Assembly: GCF_963921235.1 (NCBI RefSeq) | Contig: NC_086108.1 | Coordinates: 111,168,001-111,232,000, forward strand | Source of the DNA: Mobula hypostoma | Taxonomy: Eukaryota | Direction of reading: 5' to 3' | Length of the DNA stretch: 64,000 nucleotides | Program-made: the position numbers and the translations under genes | Notes under the pieces: model-generated | Told to the model about the DNA's origin: nothing | Database searches by the model: none | Seen by the model: the letters and a program-made list of their open reading frames with translations, nothing else | In this document: positions 61,505 through 64,000 of the stretch, piece by piece | Layout of the letters: every line of letters begins with the position of its first letter | Numbering within the stretch: position 1 is the stretch's first letter

Positions 61505-64000
61505 CAAGGAGCTAGTCACCCCGAGGGTGCAGGAGTTAGATAAGTGGGTGACTGTCAGGGAACAGATGGGAAGAGCTCAGCTGGTAGAGAGCATCCCTGT
61601 AGCCACCCCCCTCAGTAATTGTTATCTCGTTTTGGATGCTGTTGGGGGGGGGGGGGGGGGTGACCTGACAGAGGATGACCACGGCTATCGGGTCTCTGGC
61701 AGTAAGCCTGGTTCCATGGTGCAGAAGGGAGAGAAGAAGATGAGGAATGCAGTCGTCATAGGGGATTCCATAGTGAGGGGAACAGACAGGAGGTTCTGTC
61801 AGCCCACATGGTGTGTTGCCTCCCCGGTGCCAGGGTATGGGATGTCTCGGATCGGGTGCAGAGTGTTCTGAAGGGAGGGGGTGAATAGCCAGAAGCTGTG
61901 GTACACATTGGTTCCAATGAAATAGGTAGAAAAAGGGATGAGGTCCTGAAGAGGGAATTCAGGGAGTTGGGTAGGAGGCTGACAAGCAGGACCTCCAGGG
62001 TAGTAATCTCAGGGTTGCTGCCTGTGCCACGTGGTAGTGAGTGCAAGAATAGCATGATCAGGCATGTTAATGCATGGCTGAGAGACTGGTGTAGGGGGCA
62101 GGGCTTCAGATTCCTGGATCATTGGGGCCTCTTCTGGGGGAGGTACGTCCTGTACAAAAAGAATGGGTTACACCTGAACCCAAAGGGGTCCAATATCCTA
62201 GCAGGCAGGTTTAATAGAGCTGTTAGGGAGGGTTTAAACTAATTTGGCAGGGGGATAGGAACTGGAGTGATAGGGCTGAGGAAGGGGAAAACAGAAATAA
62301 ATCAAAGATAGTGTGCAACAGAGATGATAGAAAGGACAGGCAGGAGATGAGGCATAATCACAGCCCGTGGGATGATTTACAGGGCAATAGAGGCGTGGTG
62401 CAGTTAAAACAGAAAGCAACAAATACTGGACTGAAAGTATTTTATTTGAATGCACGCAGCATAAGAAATGAAATGGATGATCTTGAAATTCAGCTACAGA
62501 TTGACAAGTATGACGTTTTGGCCATCTCTGACACTTGGCTAAAGGATGGCTGCCATTGGGAGTTGAACGCCCAAGGATATACGGTGTTTTGGAAAGATAG
62601 GTTAATAAGTAGAGGGGATGGTGTGGCCCTGTGTATAAGAAATAATATTAAATCATTAGAAAGGGATGACATAGGATCAGAAGGTGTAGAGTCTCTATGG
62701 GTTGAGTTAAGAAATGACAAGGGTAAAAGGACCCTAATGGCAGTTGTATACAGGCCTCCAAACAGCAGCCGGGATGTGGATTACAAATTACAGCAGGAGA
62801 TGGAAAAGGCATGTCAGAAAGGCAATGTCATGGTAATTATTGTACATTTTAACATGAAAGTGGATTGGGAAAACCAGGCCAGTACTGGACCTCAAGAGAG
62901 AGAATTTGTAGAATGTCTAAGGTATGGATTTTTAGAGCAGCTTGTTGTTGAGCCCACGAGGGGATCAGCTGTGCTGGAATGGGTGTTGTGCAATGATCCA
63001 GAGATGATAAGAGAGCTTAAGGTTAAGGAACCTTTAGGGAACAGTGATCACAACATGATCGAGTTCACTTTGAAATTTGAGAAGGAGAAACTAAATTCCA
63101 ATGTGTTGGTATTTCAGTGGAATAAAGGAAATTACAATGGCATGAGAGGGGAACTGGCCAAAGTTGACTGGAAAGGGACACTAGCAGGAAGGACAGCAGA
63201 GCAGCAATGGCTGGAGTTTCTGCGAAAAGTAAGGGAAATGCAAGACAGATACATTCCAAAAAAGAAAAATTTTTGAATGGAAGAAGGATACTTCCGTGGC
63301 TGACAAGTGAAGTCAGAGTCAAAGTAATAACAAAAGAGAGGGCATACAAGGAAGCCAAAGCTAGTGGGAAGATAGAGGATTGGGAAGCTTTTAAAAACTT
63401 GCAGAAGGGAACTAAGAAGGTCATTAGGAAGGAAAAAATGAATTATGAAAGGAAGCTGGCGACTAATATCAAAGAAGATAGTAAAAGCTTTTTTAAGTGT
63501 ACAAAAGGTAAAAGAGAGTCAAGGGTAGATATAGGACCAATAGAAAATGACGCTGGAGATATTGTAATGAGAGATGCAGAGATGGCAGAGGAACTGAATG
63601 AATATTTTGCATCAGTCTTCACAGTGGAAGACATCAGCAGTACACAGGACATTCAAGAGTGTCAGGGAAGTGAAGTATGTACAGTGAAAATTACGACTGA
63701 GAAGGTGCTCAGGAAGCTTAATGGTCTGAGGGTGGATAAATCTCCTGGACCTGATGGAATGCACCTTTGGGTTCTAAAGGAAGTAGCTGGAGAGATTGCG
63801 GAGGCATTAACAATGATCTTTCTAGAATCGATAGATTCTGGCATTGTACCAGATGACTGGAAAGTTACAAATGTTACTTCACTATTTAAGAAGGGTGAGA
63901 GGCAGAAGAATGGAAACTATAGACCTGTGAGACTGACATCAGTGGTTGGGCAGCTGTTGGAATCGATTGTTAGGGATGAGATTATGGAATACCTGGAGGC
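61505..64000 (+). mobile_element. CR1 LINE (ORF1 SGNH/esterase + ORF2 endonuclease/start of RT), runs off the window
   Basis: VIGDSIVRG, HIGSNE, LHLNPKG; YLNARSIRN, YRPPNS, LGNSDHNMI and KSPGPDG. Confidence 0.92.

Noticed and set aside
61527..62242. Host GDSL/SGNH lipase gene
   Set aside because: It is the known esterase domain of CR1 ORF1, frameshifted and directly followed by ORF2; a second copy lies at 16097-16695.
1..64000. Prokaryotic defence, retron or CRISPR-like system
   Set aside because: Spliced vertebrate genes and eukaryotic transposons account for the window; all RT-like ORFs belong to CR1, Rex1, Penelope or Gypsy elements.

Overview
Repeat-dense vertebrate genomic DNA. The CR1/Rex1/Penelope/V-SINE repertoire suggests a cartilaginous fish (inference). 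The window holds a complete 7-exon di-N-acetylchitobiase gene (CTBS, GH18) on the minus strand: CDS 55867->31202, 378 aa, intact DGINLDLE motif, CpG/GC-box promoter. Facing it tail-to-tail on the plus strand is a divergent CTBS paralog, of which exons 2-5 are visible (3553-12253) with identical exon sizes. In the paralog the catalytic motif is DGIYLELL, a chi-lectin-type E->L change; it also has one in-frame TGA, and I found no exons 6-7. The rest is transposon-derived: a Gypsy LTR element with PNMA-like gag and tRNA-Pro PBS, Penelope-like elements with minimal hammerhead ribozyme motifs, CR1 and Rex1/Babar LINEs, Tc1/mariner and Harbinger MITEs, and SINEs. A 7.4-kb, 28-bp G-rich minisatellite has expanded inside a LINE 3' UTR in CTBS intron 2. 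Exon boundaries were read base by base; most repeat boundaries are approximate.
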